Assembly: GCA_964016885.1 (NCBI GenBank) | Contig: OZ024743.1 | Coordinates: 203,608,001 to 203,672,000, forward strand | DNA length: 64,000 nt | Reading direction: 5' to 3' | From: Eledone cirrhosa | Lineage: Eukaryota | Part shown: piece after piece, positions 61,427-64,000 of the stretch | How positions within the stretch are numbered: the stretch's first letter is position 1 | Layout: each line of letters starts with the position of its first letter | Translations under genes and position numbers: made by a program | The notes under the pieces: model-generated | The model's input: the letters and a program-made list of their open reading frames with translations, nothing else | The model's database searches: none | Told to the model about the DNA's origin: nothing

Positions 61427-62116
61427 TATGAATTAGAATTGGTGCTCTGAAATAGCGATTTATACATGAATGTATATATAGTATATTTGGCAATATACTG
61501 TATGCTTCATTAAAAACATTTTGAAGACCTTGCGCTATTATTTTAAAGTAGTGAATATGTCACTTACTTCTTTTTTCAACAAACGAAGGGAGATAAGTTG
61601 AAAGATCTGTTTCATACTGTTGGTAATCATCAGACCTTAGCATTCGCCTTTGCCTGTTGAAAATTATAGATGTTGGATTCTTATATAATTCCAGTAATAA
61701 TCAGGAACTGATTATACACTACATTAAAATAAAAGCGCAAGGTCTTCAAAATGTTTTTAATTAAGCATACAGTATATTGCCAAATATACTATATATACAT
61801 TCATGTATACATCGCTATTTCAGAGCACCAATTCTAATTTTCAATTTTTGCTGGACGGGCAATCGCTCTGTATAATCAGTTCCTGATTATTACTGGAATT
61901 CTATAAGAATCCAGCATCTATAATTTTCAACAGGCAAAGGCAAGTGCTAAGCTCTGATGATTACCAACAGTATGAAACAAATATGTCAGCTTATCTCCCT
62001 TTGTTTGTTGAAAAAAGAAGTAAGTGACATAGTCACTACTTTAATATAATAGCGCAAGGTCTTTAAAATGTTTTTAATTAAGCATATAGTATATTGACAA
62101 ATGTACTATATATACA
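61427..62116. mobile_element. R2 retrozyme-like family (~317-bp unit), inverted + partial tandem; a further fragment lies at 61313-61418
   Basis: 61427-61718 inverted relative to 61720-62116; HHRs at 61594-61639 (-) and 61948-61993 (+). Confidence 0.82.
61948..61993 (+). ncRNA. Minimal type I hammerhead ribozyme
   Basis: taagct-CTGATGA-ttac.caaca.gtat-GAAA-CA.aata.TG-TC-agctta. Confidence 0.82.
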
Positions 62117-62143
62117 TTTATATATATATGTATATATATGTAT

Positions 62144-62234
<91 letters not shown>

Positions 62235-62308
62235 CATATATATATATATGAATGTATGTATAGTATATTTGGCTATATACCGTATGTATATATATACATA
62301 TATATATA

Positions 62309-62864
62309 TTTCGTTTCTGAATTTGTTTAGCAGTATACTTTATCTGAAAACGTGTGTTGAAACCGATATTGTTATACTTTGGGAGGGTCATGTTGCCAAT
62401 AAGAAATACACGCACCAGACGCTTTCACTCCAATTTATTATAAATTAAATTATAAATTTTAAAAAATTTATAAATTTTCGGTTGGTTGGCTGGTTCCATA
62501 TTTTGTCAAAGTTCTTTCGTCACACATTCTGTGACCTCATCAGTAACCGGGGATTCTTTTCTTTGTTTTTTCCCTCTCCTTTGTTCTGTCCTACGCCATC
62601 TAGTTTTTCAAGCGTAGGACAGAACAAAGGAGAGGCAAAAAACAAAGAAAAGAATCCCCGGTCACTGATGAGGTCACAGAATGTGTGACGAAAGAACTTT
62701 GACAATATATGAACAACCGCCCGGTTGTGGAACCAACCAACCAACCAACCGGAAATTTATAATTTTTTTTAAATTGATAATTTAATTTATAATAAATTGT
62801 TGTGAAATTAACTGGTGCGTGTGTTTCTTATTGGCAACATGACCCTCCCAAAGTATAACAATAT
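62309..62864. mobile_element. Family P1 palindrome with HHRs at 62505-62547 (-) and 62661-62703 (+)
   Basis: gtca-CTGATGA-g-gtcaca.gaatg.tgtgac-GAAA-gaac-TT-tgac; arms meet at ~62596-62612. Confidence 0.83.
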
Positions 62865-63319
62865 ATATATATATATATTATATGTATGTGCGTGTGTATA
62901 TATATATACATGCACACATACATACATACATACATACATACATACATACATACATACATACATACATACATACATACATACATACATACATACATGTATA
63001 TATGTATGTGAGTATGTATGAATATATATATGTATGTATGTATATATGTATGTATATATACATGCGTTCGTTGGTGAAGTTGGTGACAGTATTACTTTAA
63101 TTTCGTGTAGTTGCTTTTCTCTTTTTTTTTTGCCGTTCAAACTCTAGATTAGTTTCACACTTTTAATTAAAATACGTCCTTATTATCATTCTACTGGTTG
63201 ATACATAACAACTTCTTATGTTTTCGTTTTCTTTTCCATTTTCGTTCATAAATCTGGATTTATAGTGGCATTTTATAGATGTGTGTGTTTTTGTGTGATT
63301 GTTTGTTTTTGGCAATTTT

Positions 63320-63885
63320 GTTGTTATTGTTGTTGTTGATGTTGTTGTTGTTGGGGTTGATGTTGTTGTTGTGGTTGTGGTTGATGTTGATGTTGTTGGT
63401 GTTGTTGCAGTCGTCGTCAACGTTATCGACTGGAATTTGATGGTTTGTGGTTGAAGGTTGAGATTGTGTTGTTAGTGATACTGCTGTTGCTGCTATTGTT
63501 GTTGCCGTTGTTGTCGTCGTCGTCGTCGTCGTCGTCTACATTGTCGTCGACTTCATTTTTGGTGGTTTTGGTGGTGGTGTTGGTGGTGATGGTGATGGTG
63601 ATGGTGGTGTTGGTAGTGGCGGTGGCGGTGCTGGTGGTGGTGGTTTTGATGGCGGTGATGGTGGTGGTAGTGATGGTGTTGCTGGTGGTGGTGGTGGTTT
63701 GGTGATGTTGCTGGCGGTGGTGATGGTGGTGGTTCTAGTGTTGGTGTGGTGATTATGGTATCTTGTAGTTGTGGTAGTGAAGGTGGTGTAGTAGTTGTTG
63801 TTAATACAATTACCGCTGTCCCTGTTGTTGTTGTTTTTATTGTACGTATAATTGTTGTAGTTGTTGCTGTTATTGTTGTTGTTTT
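63320..63885. repeat. Compound (GTT)n/(GGT)n/(GTC)n trinucleotide microsatellite
   Basis: Direct reading. Confidence 0.95.
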
Positions 63886-64000
63886 AATTCAAACAATCAT
63901 CATGGAATATGTTTAGGTAATACGATGCTATTATCCAGAGTGAATATTCGAGGAAAGATTTCTAATAAAATGTTCTGAAAGAAAAGAAAAGAACGCATTA

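Noticed and set aside
63163-63705. Thr-rich or Val-rich membrane protein ORFs
   Set aside because: Trinucleotide microsatellite translations.

Overview
AT-rich eukaryotic (animal) genomic DNA, most likely an octopus: tRNA-derived SINEs at 27.7-28.3 kb resemble the abundant Octopus SINE family, and there are very long (TA)n/(CA)n tracts. The taxon is inferred from recalled sequence, not searched. I can support only one host-gene exon: 133 bp on the + strand (36726-36858) encoding the TM2 region of a GABA-B-type class C GPCR, so most of the window is probably intron. The rest is (TA)n microsatellite filled with retroelements. Penelope-like elements (PLEs) include two decayed Neptune-type copies and three families with Hydra-clade signatures (DKT motif, YRDD RT, CxCx5Cx5C linker, C-terminal GIY-YIG); one of these forms a ~9 kb near-perfect palindrome. 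Also present are CR1-type LINEs, an R4/Dong-type RLE LINE, a Tx1/L1 ORF1 fragment and a hATm-like transposon end. The main hidden signal is RNA structure. I read about 35 intact or degenerate type I hammerhead ribozyme (HHR) motifs by eye, in PLE 3' ends and in three non-coding tandem-repeat families (466, ~320 and 321 bp units) that look like retrozymes. Most of these insertions are inverted duplications, and the two outward-facing ends recur at the same two family-specific positions. All YI/IY-repeat ORFs are microsatellite artefacts.
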